Shown here one piece after another: positions 21,795 through 31,717 of a DNA stretch of 64,000 nt. This DNA comes from a virus. Taxonomy: Duplodnaviria; Caudoviricetes. The notes beneath the pieces were generated by a model. The model did not search any database and was not told the origin of the DNA. It saw only the letters and a program-made list of their open reading frames with translations. A program made the translations under genes and the position numbers. Every line of letters starts with the position of its first letter. The first letter of the stretch is position 1. The DNA is taken from positions 1-64,000 of the IMG/VR virus record IMGVR_UViG_2565956686_000002; one strand, 5' to 3'.

Positions 21795-21823
21795 AAAAAA
21801 AAGCCTGCATTATGCAGGCTTTC
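21795..21823 (-). terminator. Terminator after cI
   Basis: AAAGCCTGCA-TTA-TGCAGGCTTT with A-run on + strand. Confidence 0.75.
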
Positions 21824-21836
21824 TATTTGCAAAAAA

Positions 21837-22481
21837 TTACATAAGTAATAACTGACTTAAATCTTGATTGGTTTTAGAGCTTATAGAACCAACCACGGTA
21901 CCAGTCAAATAACAAGTTTCATCAAGAGGCATATACCTTGGTACCCACTCAGTATTTAGAGCTTTCAAAAGGAAAGAACCATTATCATTTTCGATTAGTC
22001 TTTTGAAGGTAGAACCATTTGAACACCAAGCGATAACATCATCACCAATCTCAGGCTTAAGATCAGGATTTACAAAGATAATATCTTTTGGTTTGTACTC
22101 ATCCTTCATGCTTTCACCTTTAACTTCAAGGGCATAGCCATTAGGTCCGACATTAAACATACAAAGAATCTTTGGATATTTATCTAATATTTCGAGGTGG
22201 CGATCATTCCAATTACCAGCTGCAACCCAATCAATCAGAGGAACATATCGCGCTCGGTTTATTGGTTTTAATTCATCTTCTTCACCAAACAGATATGCTT
22301 TTGTACACCCTAAAGTATTTGTTAAAGCTTCAAGATTTTTTCCGCGAGGTGAAGTTTGACCAGCTTCCCATTGCTGCACTGCTTGAGGTGTAATTTCAAG
22401 TAAATGCGCTAATTCTGTCTGGTCTAAACCTTTAGCTTCACGCTTTTTCGCGATTCGCTTACCCATTTCAAGCTTGTTCAT
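21837..22481 (-). CDS. cI: CI-like repressor (HTH plus S24 peptidase)
   Basis: HTH QTELAHLLEITPQAVQQWEAG; VAAG cleavage site; GESM and TFKRL catalytic motifs. Confidence 0.92.
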   Translation of the reverse strand: MNKLEMGKRIAKKREAKGLDQTELAHLLEITPQAVQQWEAGQTSPRGKNLEALTNTLGCTKAYLFGEEDELKPINRARYVPLIDWVAAGNWNDRHLEILDKYPKILCMFNVGPNGYALEVKGESMKDEYKPKDIIFVNPDLKPEIGDDVIAWCSNGSTFKRLIENDNGSFLLKALNTEWVPRYMPLDETCYLTGTVVGSISSKTNQDLSQLLLM

Positions 22482-22490
22482 CTCAATGCA

Positions 22491-22577
22491 CACAAGAAAA
22501 TCTTGTACTAAATATAAAGCAATTCTTTAAAAAAGTCATTGCAAGTAATTCTTGTATTCTTTAAAGTAATACTTGTA
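22491..22577. promoter_or_regulatory. OR operators (4)
   Basis: 17-bp AAG-N5-CTT palindromes at 22491, 22514, 22540, 22561. Confidence 0.75.
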
Positions 22578-22602
22578 ATTAGCAAGTAGGGCTTATATTG
22601 TA

Positions 22603-22848
22603 ATGAATAACAATCAAACCAATGTTGAAGTAAATAACGAAAACTTAGTCAAGAACGCGATCCAAAAAGCAGGAGGCGTTAGTGCTGTCGCTCGTTTAAT
22701 TACTAAAAAAAATGGAAAGAATTATTCATATCAATCTGTTCAATCTTGGATTTCTCAAGACCGTATCCCTCCTAAATATATTCCCGTTATTTCAGAAGTT
22801 ACAGGAATTGCTAAGAGCAAATTAGATCCAATTGTATTTCAAGAATAG
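22603..22848 (+). CDS. Cro/YdaS-like protein
   Basis: AGGVSAVARL..SYQSVQSW..RIPP; divergent from cI. Confidence 0.85.
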   Translation: MNNNQTNVEVNNENLVKNAIQKAGGVSAVARLITKKNGKNYSYQSVQSWISQDRIPPKYIPVISEVTGIAKSKLDPIVFQE

Positions 22849-22906
22849 AAAAACAAAAAAACACTTTTGGGATTGAGTTACTAGAAAAGGGAGAGGTTGA
22901 AAAACT

Positions 22907-23563
22907 ATGAATCAAATTGTTTTAAATCAAGCGTCAGCTAATCAGTTTTCAAGTATTGAACTATTAAAAATCATTAACCAGGTTCGTAATCAATTTGGTG
23001 AGTCTCAAATTCGACTTAATGATTTTCATCCTCGTGTTTTTGATGAATTAGAAGGTGAGCACTACGAAACCTTCGTTGTGAATAATCATAATAATACGGT
23101 CACAGTTGCAGCATTTCTTAATCATGATCAGTGCATCTTAGTTGCAATGCGTGAGTCTAAGGGTGTTCGCAGAAAGGTTTTAGAAATTCTAAAACAGCAA
23201 CAAGCACAAATTCCTCAAACATATGCTGAAGCTTTGCAACTAGCAGCTAATCAAGCACGTCAATTAGAACTTGCAGCGCCTAAAGTTGAGTATTACGACA
23301 AGATCGTTGAGCGTTCAACACTGCTTAATGCTTCACAGGTCGCTCAGAAAATAAAAATTTCAGCAGTAAAACTAAACAAGCTTTTAGACATTTTTGATGT
23401 TTATCACAAAGGCGTTAAACGTGCGCGTTTATTCCAACAGTGGTTTATCGATAAAGGTTTTGGAGAAGTGAAACAAACAGAGCTTGGCTTTTCACAGCCA
23501 ATGTTCACAACAAAAGGAGAAGCTTGGGTAATCGAAAAATTAACCAGTGAAGGTTTGGTTTAA
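22907..23563 (+). CDS. Antirepressor (KilAC/ANT domain)
   Basis: PQTYAEALQLAA, APKVEYYD, FTTKGEAW. Confidence 0.85.
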   Translation: MNQIVLNQASANQFSSIELLKIINQVRNQFGESQIRLNDFHPRVFDELEGEHYETFVVNNHNNTVTVAAFLNHDQCILVAMRESKGVRRKVLEILKQQQAQIPQTYAEALQLAANQARQLELAAPKVEYYDKIVERSTLLNASQVAQKIKISAVKLNKLLDIFDVYHKGVKRARLFQQWFIDKGFGEVKQTELGFSQPMFTTKGEAWVIEKLTSEGLV

Positions 23564-23624
23564 CCGCCTCTTGCGCCAACAAGAAGCGGTCAAAAAATTT
23601 TATTCATTTAACTTCGAGGAAAAA

Positions 23625-24401
23625 ATGAACTCAATAACTTTAACAGAACATAGCTGTGCAAACAAATGTACGGAATTTAAAAAAACTGGTGAACAATGTA
23701 GCCATTGTTTAGTTAAGCAACAAGAAACGGATTCTGGAAAAGGGCAAGATACCCAAGATATTTTAAATCGTGTGGGAGGCATAAAAGCAGCTCTTAAAAT
23801 TCTTAACGGCAATCCTGATGCATTTGACTGGTACTCATTAGAAAAAAATTACTACTACGGTACTCGATCTAATGAAAATCTAATTTCTTTAGATCAACTT
23901 CAACAAGCTTGTAATCAATACTTTGTCACGGTTTTTGGTGGCATCAAAGCAATTCAATACATTGTTGAAAATGCTCCAGTAGGTGCGACTCATTTTGATC
24001 GTTATTTTGAAAAGATTGATTTTCGAACTAAAGAAATCTTTATCTGGGTAGATGGGGCATGGTCACAACAAGAATTAAGAATCATGGGATTCAACAAAGC
24101 TATTGCAGATAGTGTTGCTCTTAATGATTTAAGAAATACTTTAGAGACTATGCAATCGCCAGTGATTCCTACTTTTGCAGATAGTAATTTGACATATGAG
24201 CAAATTACACAAAGCACAGTTGAACGTATTCAGTATTTTAATTTGCAAAAAGAAGTAGCTCTGGAAGATGGAAATCATTCAGAAGCTGATTCATTTGATA
24301 ATCAAGCCGACGGTGCATATCTATTGTGGTTTCATTTAACAAAGTCATGTCAAAGCAAATTTGATCTTGATCGCCTACAAAAATTGGTAGGTGCTCGATA
24401 A
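23625..24401 (+). CDS. Modular hypothetical protein
   Basis: GAGG RBS; tandem GGIKA..NAPVGATH modules. Confidence 0.7.
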   Translation: MNSITLTEHSCANKCTEFKKTGEQCSHCLVKQQETDSGKGQDTQDILNRVGGIKAALKILNGNPDAFDWYSLEKNYYYGTRSNENLISLDQLQQACNQYFVTVFGGIKAIQYIVENAPVGATHFDRYFEKIDFRTKEIFIWVDGAWSQQELRIMGFNKAIADSVALNDLRNTLETMQSPVIPTFADSNLTYEQITQSTVERIQYFNLQKEVALEDGNHSEADSFDNQADGAYLLWFHLTKSCQSKFDLDRLQKLVGAR

Positions 24402-24688
24402 TGAAATCAAACAAAAATAATCGGCCACACCTCCAATGTGTATTCAATTTCCATAAGTCGGCAATTTCACTTTTGTTAGAAATGCAGCAAGAAGCAATTC
24501 AGGCATCTTCTCCAGACGATCAAGTTTGGCGTGAGGACTGGAAAGCACGTTTGGCTTTTGAGCATCAATTAAAAGATGACGTTTGTGAGCAAATTGAATC
24601 ATCGTTATTTGCTTCGAACTTAATCAATTTTAATGGTGAAAGCGTTTTTGTTGTAGTTGCTGATGAAGCACGGGCAGGTGCTGCATGA
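24401..24688 (+). CDS. Hypothetical protein
   Basis: Coupled ORF. Confidence 0.65.
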   Translation: MKSNKNNRPHLQCVFNFHKSAISLLLEMQQEAIQASSPDDQVWREDWKARLAFEHQLKDDVCEQIESSLFASNLINFNGESVFVVVADEARAGAA

Positions 24689-25476
24689 AAAAAACACCTA
24701 AGTTTCAAATCAATGATTTAATTTTGAAAAAGAAATCTAATCATGTTTTTCAGGTCGTTAAGGTTTTCAATATAGGAAAAAGAACGAGTAAGTATCGGTT
24801 ACTCAACCTCTCTACATCGTCTGAAACAGCACATCTTGAATCACAGATCGAACGTAAAGCAACGATTAAAGAGGCTGAGGCGAATAAGCGTTTGCCTGAA
24901 GAAAAAATCCAGCCTATTGAGAAGATAGTTCTGTCAAGTATTGGCCCATACAAAGATCATTGGGCAATTGTCTATATTGAACTTAATTCTACCTATAGCC
25001 TTGGCGGTGGACGAATTACATTAGTTTGTGATGATTTCGCTGGAAGTAGTTTTTTTGGTCATGTAGGTCAAGCCTCTTTTAAAAAGTTCATTGCACAATG
25101 TGATGAATATTATTTGATAAAAAAACTTTTCCCTAAATTGATGGAAACCGTTCCTGTTCAAAGTGGTGAGGAATTTTTTGAATGGTTTGCAACAAGCTAT
25201 CTTGATGATCTTAAAGATGCACGTAAGTCTGGTGAAATTACTAAAAAGAAATTGCGTTCCGCTTATGAAGATATTTCAGATAAACAGTTTAATGGAGCTG
25301 CACACCTCTACGATTTGCTTGATAGCGATTCATTAGAGTTATTAAGTAATTTACTTGGGGATGATTGGTGGTGGGATAAAAATCCTAGCTTACCCAATAG
25401 CCACTATGTATTTCTATTAGATATTCTGAAAGATGTCATTGCCGAATTTAAAAAATTAGATGAGGTGATGGTGTGA
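24685..25476 (+). CDS. Hypothetical protein with KOW-like N-terminal module
   Basis: KFQINDLI..RKATIKEAEANKRL. Confidence 0.65.
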   Translation: MKKTPKFQINDLILKKKSNHVFQVVKVFNIGKRTSKYRLLNLSTSSETAHLESQIERKATIKEAEANKRLPEEKIQPIEKIVLSSIGPYKDHWAIVYIELNSTYSLGGGRITLVCDDFAGSSFFGHVGQASFKKFIAQCDEYYLIKKLFPKLMETVPVQSGEEFFEWFATSYLDDLKDARKSGEITKKKLRSAYEDISDKQFNGAAHLYDLLDSDSLELLSNLLGDDWWWDKNPSLPNSHYVFLLDILKDVIAEFKKLDEVMV

Positions 25477-26114
25477 AAGAGCGTCCGATTTTATTTAATA
25501 CCCCAATGGTTCAAGCGATTTTATCTGGTCAAAAGACTCAGACACGTCGAATTGTAAATAAAGCACCTACAACTGAAATAAATCATCGGTTAATTGCCCT
25601 AGATAACGGTTGGAGTTGGCAAGTTGATCAACAAGGTATAGTTCCTACTATGCATCGTGAAATCGATAATCCAATGGTTTGTCCGTTTGGTCAGATCGGT
25701 GATCGGCTTTGGGTTCGTGAGACTTTCCGCTTATATGATTCAGATGAATGTCCACATGCTGATTTTCCATGTGGATGTCCAAAAAATGGCACACCTTTAT
25801 ATAAAGCTTCTCATGATTGTGGTAATGGTGAAAAGTGGAAACCATCAATCCACATGCCACGTAAAGCAGCTCGATTATTTTTAGAAATAACAAATATACG
25901 TATTGAGCGCCTGAATGATATTACTTCAGAGGATGCCAAAGCAGAAGGATTTGACTATTCAACACACCCATCAGCAATTCAAATGGGCTATGCAATTGGT
26001 GCAAAAACTAATTTCCGTGTTACATGGGAACAAATCTACGGACAAAATGAGTGGAATAAAAATCCTTGGGTATGGGTTCTCGAATTTAAGGTTATCCAAG
26101 GCGGTGCAGTATGA
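25473..26114 (+). CDS. ASCH/PUA-like phage protein
   Basis: KERPILF..MVQAILSGQKTQTRR, GDRLWVRET, WKPSIHMPR, NPWVWV. Confidence 0.75.
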   Translation: MKERPILFNTPMVQAILSGQKTQTRRIVNKAPTTEINHRLIALDNGWSWQVDQQGIVPTMHREIDNPMVCPFGQIGDRLWVRETFRLYDSDECPHADFPCGCPKNGTPLYKASHDCGNGEKWKPSIHMPRKAARLFLEITNIRIERLNDITSEDAKAEGFDYSTHPSAIQMGYAIGAKTNFRVTWEQIYGQNEWNKNPWVWVLEFKVIQGGAV

Positions 26115-26971
26115 TAATCCCATCTGCACTAGATGAAATTCAAAAAGGTGCGTTATTCGTAATTAACCATTCTGGTGGAAAAGATAGTCAAGCGATGATG
26201 ATAAAGCTGCTTGAAGTACTCCCTAGAAATAATGTTGTTGTAGTTCATGCATCATTGGGAGATATGGAATGGCATGGTGCTTTGGAATTGGCACAAGAAC
26301 AGGCTTTGTTAGCAAATGTACCTTTCATTGTTGCCCGTGCAAAGAAATCTTTATTAGATATGGTGATGCACCGTTTCAATGTACGTCCAAATGTTCCTTC
26401 TTTTCCGTCATCTGCAAATCGGCAATGTACTAGTGACCTAAAGCGTGGACCAATCACCCGTGAAGTGCGTAGATATGCAAAAGAAAATGGATATACCAGG
26501 ATTGTGAATTGCATGGGTTTACGTGCTCAAGAATCAAGTGGCCGTGCAAAAAAGCCTGTTTGGAAGGAACACTTTGAACATGGACGTGCTGGGCGGTCTT
26601 GGTTCGACTGGTTGCCTATTCATTCACTTACCACAGATGAAGTTTTTCAAACAATAAGTAATGCAAATCAAAAGCCACATTTTGCATATCAATTAGGTAA
26701 TGAAAGACTGAGCTGTGTGTACTGCATTATGGCAAGCCCAAATGACCTAATCCTTGGAGCAAAGAAACGGCCTGAACTATTTGCGCTTTATTGTTTCTTC
26801 GAAAAAATCACAGGTTATTCAATGCATATGAGCATGAAAACCTTGCCAACAATTACAGGGATTGAACCAGATTACTCACTACTTTCTGAGAATTTAGATT
26901 TGGTGAGCCAAATTTCAATAATCAAATTTAACAGACAGCGTATTCCTATGGTTGAGGAGATTGCAGCATGA
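26111..26971 (+). CDS. PAPS-reductase-family protein
   Basis: SGGKDS PP-loop, RQCTSDLK, GLRAQES, RLSCVYC. Confidence 0.85.
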   Translation: MIIPSALDEIQKGALFVINHSGGKDSQAMMIKLLEVLPRNNVVVVHASLGDMEWHGALELAQEQALLANVPFIVARAKKSLLDMVMHRFNVRPNVPSFPSSANRQCTSDLKRGPITREVRRYAKENGYTRIVNCMGLRAQESSGRAKKPVWKEHFEHGRAGRSWFDWLPIHSLTTDEVFQTISNANQKPHFAYQLGNERLSCVYCIMASPNDLILGAKKRPELFALYCFFEKITGYSMHMSMKTLPTITGIEPDYSLLSENLDLVSQISIIKFNRQRIPMVEEIAA

Positions 26972-28122
26972 CTCAGCCATTCAATTTATATCAAGGTGAT
27001 TGTTTACAGGTTTTGAAAGAACTTTCTGATAACTCAATAGACAGCATTGTTACTGATCCGCCTTATGGACTTAAGTTCATGGGTAAAAAATGGGATTGTG
27101 AAGTACCAAGCATTGAAATTTGGCAAGAATGTATTCGCGTTCTTAAACCAGGTGGGCACTTACTAGCATTTGCTGGTACTCGTACACAGCATCGTATGGC
27201 TTGCAATATTGAAGATGCAGGTTTTGAGATAAGAGACATGATCGCTTGGATCTATGGTTCAGGCTTTCCAAAATCTCATAATCTCGACGGTGAATGGCAA
27301 GGTTGGGGTACTGCATTAAAACCAGCGCTCGAGCCAATTACATTTGCTCGAAAACCATTGATTGCCACGGTTATACAAAATGTGCAACTTCATGGAACAG
27401 GCGCAATAAATATCGATGAGTGCCGTATTCCGTTAAATGGCGGATATAAATCTAAGGCAAATGGTCGTCCATCTCAGACTGGACAACCAGATAATTATAT
27501 TTCTTCATGCGCAAATCAGCCAGATACAGTAGGTCGTTGGCCTACTAATCTAATCCACGATGGTAGTAAAGAAGTATTGGCAAATTTCCCAAATACCTCT
27601 AGTGGAAGTAATAACAAAATAAAAGCTTCAAGTAAGGACCAAAACGGTAATACCAGTAGTTCATTTGGAAAAGAGAGCCGTCCTTATGGCACTGAAACAA
27701 TTTCTTATGGTGACTCAGGTTCAGCAGCAAGATTTTTCTATTGTGCTAAAGCAAATCGCACAGATCGAAATGAAGGTACTGAAAGCTCAAATAAGCCAAT
27801 GCTGCAGATGAATTCAACAATGCGAGATTGTGAAAATGTTGATTGGTCTAAGCGAAATGGAAATTTTCATCCAACTGTAAAACCAACTGAATTAATGCGC
27901 TATTTGTGCAGATTAGTTACGCCTAAAGGTGGTGTAGTGCTTGATCCGTTTATGGGGTCGGGTAGTACAGGTAAAGCAGCCATATTAGAAGGCTTTAGCT
28001 TTGTGGGTATTGAGCGTGAAGCAGAGTATTTCGCAATTGCTAATGCTAGATGTCAGTTTGTCAAAGAAGGCGTTAGTTCAAAAATGCCAGATCAGCAAGA
28101 TTTATTTATGGAGGCGCTCTAA
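26968..28122 (+). CDS. DNA amino-methyltransferase (N6A/N4C, beta class)
   Basis: DPPY precedes HPTVKP and VLDPFMGSGST. Confidence 0.92.
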   Translation: MTQPFNLYQGDCLQVLKELSDNSIDSIVTDPPYGLKFMGKKWDCEVPSIEIWQECIRVLKPGGHLLAFAGTRTQHRMACNIEDAGFEIRDMIAWIYGSGFPKSHNLDGEWQGWGTALKPALEPITFARKPLIATVIQNVQLHGTGAINIDECRIPLNGGYKSKANGRPSQTGQPDNYISSCANQPDTVGRWPTNLIHDGSKEVLANFPNTSSGSNNKIKASSKDQNGNTSSSFGKESRPYGTETISYGDSGSAARFFYCAKANRTDRNEGTESSNKPMLQMNSTMRDCENVDWSKRNGNFHPTVKPTELMRYLCRLVTPKGGVVLDPFMGSGSTGKAAILEGFSFVGIEREAEYFAIANARCQFVKEGVSSKMPDQQDLFMEAL

Positions 28123-29105
28123 TGCATTACTACGAAAAGAAAATTGGTGATTACCATCGTAAAGCAGGTCGCCTTAACATTTTACAACACGGTGTTTATA
28201 ACTTGCTTATGGATGCTTGTTATGACCGTGAAGCATTTCCAACTGAGACACAGGCAATTGACTGGGTATGGGCTGAAACTGATGAAGAAATTGCAGCAGT
28301 TAAGTTTGTGTTGAAAAAATTCTTCGTTATGAATGAGGAAGGCATTTATATTCAAAACCATATCCAAGAAGATTTGATTGCATATAAAGCATTTAAAACA
28401 AAACAGTCAGACAACGGTAAGCAAGGTGGTCGTCCAAAAGGTTCTAAAAACAAACCGAAAACAGGTGATGATTCTAGTGAATCTCAACAGGGAGAACAAC
28501 CAACTGAACAAACCCAAGAAAACCCAACGGAAAGCGAAATAAACCCACCGCTAACCCAAAAAAACCCAGATGAAAGCCAACAAAAGCCTAAACCAATAAC
28601 CATTAACCAAGAACCACTAACCAATAACCAAGATAGTAATAGTAATGGTAATAACGCGAGCGAGGAAAAAGTTGGTTTTGTCCCGATTCAGTTTGCAACC
28701 TACCAGGCACATGACAAAGAATTTTATTCGTTACTTGAACTTGCAAGCGAGCATTCGCAATTTCAAATGGACTTCATTGATCTAGCTGTACCAAGACATG
28801 AATCAATTTCATCAACTGATTTTCAAACCTTGCTACAAGATTATTGTGATTTCTTTGCAGCGAAAAACGATAAAAACACGCCAAGCATCTGGTTTGTGAA
28901 ATGGCTTACTTGGATTCAAAACAATATTCAAGACGTGATTAAACGCCGTCAAAAACAAACCAAAGCAAATCAACCTGTAAATACTAATCAACCAGCTAGG
29001 GGCTATTTTGAGCGCATTCTTGATGAAGAACAAAGCGCAAACGTCATTGTGGACGTAACTCCACAAAAAAAGCTGATAGCTAGTGTGGAGTACGGACATG
29101 CATAA
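28122..29105 (+). CDS. Replication initiator (DUF1376/YdaU-like)
   Basis: MHYYEKKIGDY..HGVYNLLMD.CYDRE; NGKQGGRPK. Confidence 0.85.
   Translation: MHYYEKKIGDYHRKAGRLNILQHGVYNLLMDACYDREAFPTETQAIDWVWAETDEEIAAVKFVLKKFFVMNEEGIYIQNHIQEDLIAYKAFKTKQSDNGKQGGRPKGSKNKPKTGDDSSESQQGEQPTEQTQENPTESEINPPLTQKNPDESQQKPKPITINQEPLTNNQDSNSNGNNASEEKVGFVPIQFATYQAHDKEFYSLLELASEHSQFQMDFIDLAVPRHESISSTDFQTLLQDYCDFFAAKNDKNTPSIWFVKWLTWIQNNIQDVIKRRQKQTKANQPVNTNQPARGYFERILDEEQSANVIVDVTPQKKLIASVEYGHA
28500..28630 (+). repeat. Putative replication-origin iterons
   Basis: AACCCA x5 (28511-28568) followed by TAACCA repeats inside the initiator gene. Confidence 0.55.
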
Positions 29106-29850
29106 AATTACGATTCAGGATATCCGCATCCTAATTTCAGATTTACGTGTAATTCACGCTGCGCAATTCAACAAGAATTTTCCAACAACGGGGGATAACG
29201 CCGTACCAATGGAGTTTGTTGAATCTAAAGCGATGGAATGCCTTTGTGATGTCAATGTAGATCAGTTTGAACGCGCACGGAACAGATTACTTAAATCGGG
29301 TGGAAAGTTTATGCCGTCTTTCTCTGATTTCCGTGATTGGTGCATTGGTGAGACGTGGATGTCAGCAGATGAAGCATGGGCGCGTGCATGTCGTTTTACA
29401 GCTGACAAAAGTGTGCAAATCACTCAAATAACAAAAGTTGCATTGGATGAGGTTTTGCCAATGATCTTCGATGGATATATGAAACCTGCACGCGAGCAAT
29501 TTATTAATACATACAATGCATTTGTGGCAAAGGCACAACAAGTGGGACGCACCCAAGAAATGTATGTACCGCCAAAGCAATTGGAACACAAGAAAAAAAG
29601 CCATGCACCAGTGTCTAATGATGAAGCTGTACAGCGCCTTAACGCATTGAAGCAGAAGCTAAATATTAAGAATCGTACAGTTCTACAACCGCAAAAACTT
29701 GAGCAAAAAGAGAACTTGGCAAGTCCAGCAGTACAAGAACCATGGCCTGATCCATTTGATCAACCAGACGAGTATTTAGAAGCATGTGAGCGTGACGGGC
29801 TGAATGTCCCTAAAACCCTTATTAAGCATATTAATGGTGGTACAGCATGA
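29098..29850 (+). CDS. Replication protein P-like helicase loader
   Basis: FMPSFSDFRDWC, ADEAWA; follows initiator. Confidence 0.55.
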   Translation: MHKITIQDIRILISDLRVIHAAQFNKNFPTTGDNAVPMEFVESKAMECLCDVNVDQFERARNRLLKSGGKFMPSFSDFRDWCIGETWMSADEAWARACRFTADKSVQITQITKVALDEVLPMIFDGYMKPAREQFINTYNAFVAKAQQVGRTQEMYVPPKQLEHKKKSHAPVSNDEAVQRLNALKQKLNIKNRTVLQPQKLEQKENLASPAVQEPWPDPFDQPDEYLEACERDGLNVPKTLIKHINGGTA

Positions 29851-30335
29851 ATCAGACCGCAACACAAGCAAATGAGCCAACAGCAGAAAATACGAAATTT
29901 AAGAAAGGTGCAAGAGTTCACGTAGATTTTGTAAGTGATTCAAGCACTGAGTTTTCAGGCAAGCATATTAAAGGTGATGCGATTGTAGATCGTCATGAAG
30001 ATGGTTATGTCTATGGACAATTGGAACAAGGCACCCCATTTATGTGCCCTGAAAAATTTGTACAGCTCACTCCACAAGAGCATATCAAACAAATTCGCGC
30101 AGAATTTGAAGCATGGTTAAAAGAACAAAAGCAATATTCGATTTTAATTAATCAACATGGAGCAGACTTATTTAATTTTGATTCTATCCATGGCTATGAA
30201 AAGTTAGCAGTTGCAGTAGCTTTTGAACTTTGGAAAAAATTCCATCTTTGCTGTGAAACGAATAAGGTTTTACTTAAAAAACTCCATATTGCTACGACTG
30301 CTTTGGCTAATAAAGGCGGTGAACATCATGGGTAA
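29847..30335 (+). CDS. Hypothetical protein
   Basis: Coupled ORF; FKKGARV SH3-like start. Confidence 0.65.
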   Translation: MNQTATQANEPTAENTKFKKGARVHVDFVSDSSTEFSGKHIKGDAIVDRHEDGYVYGQLEQGTPFMCPEKFVQLTPQEHIKQIRAEFEAWLKEQKQYSILINQHGADLFNFDSIHGYEKLAVAVAFELWKKFHLCCETNKVLLKKLHIATTALANKGGEHHG

Positions 30336-31014
30336 AAGTCGTGTTTTATGGGATCAATGGGCGAAAAAGGGTAAGGCTGATTTTTTTGCAATGAATCCAC
30401 TCGTTGAAACAAAAACGAATCGACATGCACGCGCACGTAGAGCACTAGATAAGAAAGTGATTTTACCTTGCGCCGTGACAACACAAGAACTAAATGGAGA
30501 TCAGTTACACCAAGGCAGTACAGGCGGATTGGTCATTACAGGCAAGGATTTTGTCACAGTGAAACTGCCATATGGCATCAGTGCTAATGACATTTGGCGT
30601 GCAACTATTGATGAAAGTACAGGTAAACAACGCAATAGCTTATCAATGGGTGCAAAGAAATTTAAACGCCGTGTAGTTGAAATCTATGCACCAATCTTTA
30701 AAGCAATGAAGTGGAAAGCCATTTCACAACAATGTGAGATTCGATTAGTTATACAGCCACCACGAAAAAATCGTAGTTACAGTGCGAGCACATATCCGCG
30801 CTTTGATATTGATAACTATCCAAAACTGCTAATCGATTCGCTTAAAGGTACAGAGTTACTTTTTAAAGATGACAACATTTTTGTGAAAGAAAAAATTGAA
30901 TTTGCAGAACCTACTGAAGATGGTTGTGTATGGCTTTCATGTGTATTTATCAACGAAACAAATTGGCTTGATAAGAAAGTGAACTTCGACTGGCTTGCTG
31001 GGAGAGTTGCATAA
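30328..31014 (+). CDS. rusA: RusA-family Holliday junction resolvase
   Basis: LPYGISAN, FDIDNYPKLLIDSL, FKDD. Confidence 0.8.
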   Translation: MGKSRVLWDQWAKKGKADFFAMNPLVETKTNRHARARRALDKKVILPCAVTTQELNGDQLHQGSTGGLVITGKDFVTVKLPYGISANDIWRATIDESTGKQRNSLSMGAKKFKRRVVEIYAPIFKAMKWKAISQQCEIRLVIQPPRKNRSYSASTYPRFDIDNYPKLLIDSLKGTELLFKDDNIFVKEKIEFAEPTEDGCVWLSCVFINETNWLDKKVNFDWLAGRVA

Positions 31015-31715
31015 TGGCTAAAAGAACTGATTTAGAAAAACGAGTCTTGATCGGTCGTAAACTTGCACTTGCAAGAGAACGCCGTGGGATGCTTCAACAC
31101 GAAGTTGCTATTGAATTGTTTGGTGTTGAGCAAAAGAACCGAATTAGTGAAATGGAGAACGGTAAGACATTACCAGATGCTGAGTTACTGCAAGTCATGT
31201 GCAGTATGTATCGGGTCTCTGTCGATTGGGTATTAGGTTTTACGATTAATCCTGAATTAAACGAAACTGAATCTGTCGCAGGTGTTCTGTTCAATAGTGT
31301 TGGCGATATTTTGGCAGATAACCTAAATGCGATTACAGCACAGATTTCTTTGTTATGTGCAAGACATATCAGCTCGTTTCCCAAGGCGCTACAGGTACAG
31401 CTATTAGAGCAATCAAAAATAGTCGCAAAACAATTTTTGCAACTTGATCGCGTTCAACAAGAGAAATTACAACCTGTAATGATGGATTTAATCCAAACAA
31501 TTCAGGAATGTGATAAAGAGCGTGCAGTTCAATTCAATCATATTGCCAAAGGTTTGGAAGATATTTCAGATCGTGATGAGGGTGAAATTCAAGAGAAAAT
31601 ACTTCAAGACTTAAAGAGTCAACGTAAAACACGTTTCACTCAAACAACTTTACTTACTGATGAGAAAGATGAAGCTCAGTTCGATTTCTTTTCAGGTGAT
31701 GCACTGAGTAATTAA
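31014..31715 (+). CDS. XRE-family HTH regulator
   Basis: QHEVA..NRISEMENGKTLPDAELL..VSVDWVLG. Confidence 0.8.
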   Translation: MAKRTDLEKRVLIGRKLALARERRGMLQHEVAIELFGVEQKNRISEMENGKTLPDAELLQVMCSMYRVSVDWVLGFTINPELNETESVAGVLFNSVGDILADNLNAITAQISLLCARHISSFPKALQVQLLEQSKIVAKQFLQLDRVQQEKLQPVMMDLIQTIQECDKERAVQFNHIAKGLEDISDRDEGEIQEKILQDLKSQRKTRFTQTTLLTDEKDEAQFDFFSGDALSN

Positions 31716-31717
31716 CT

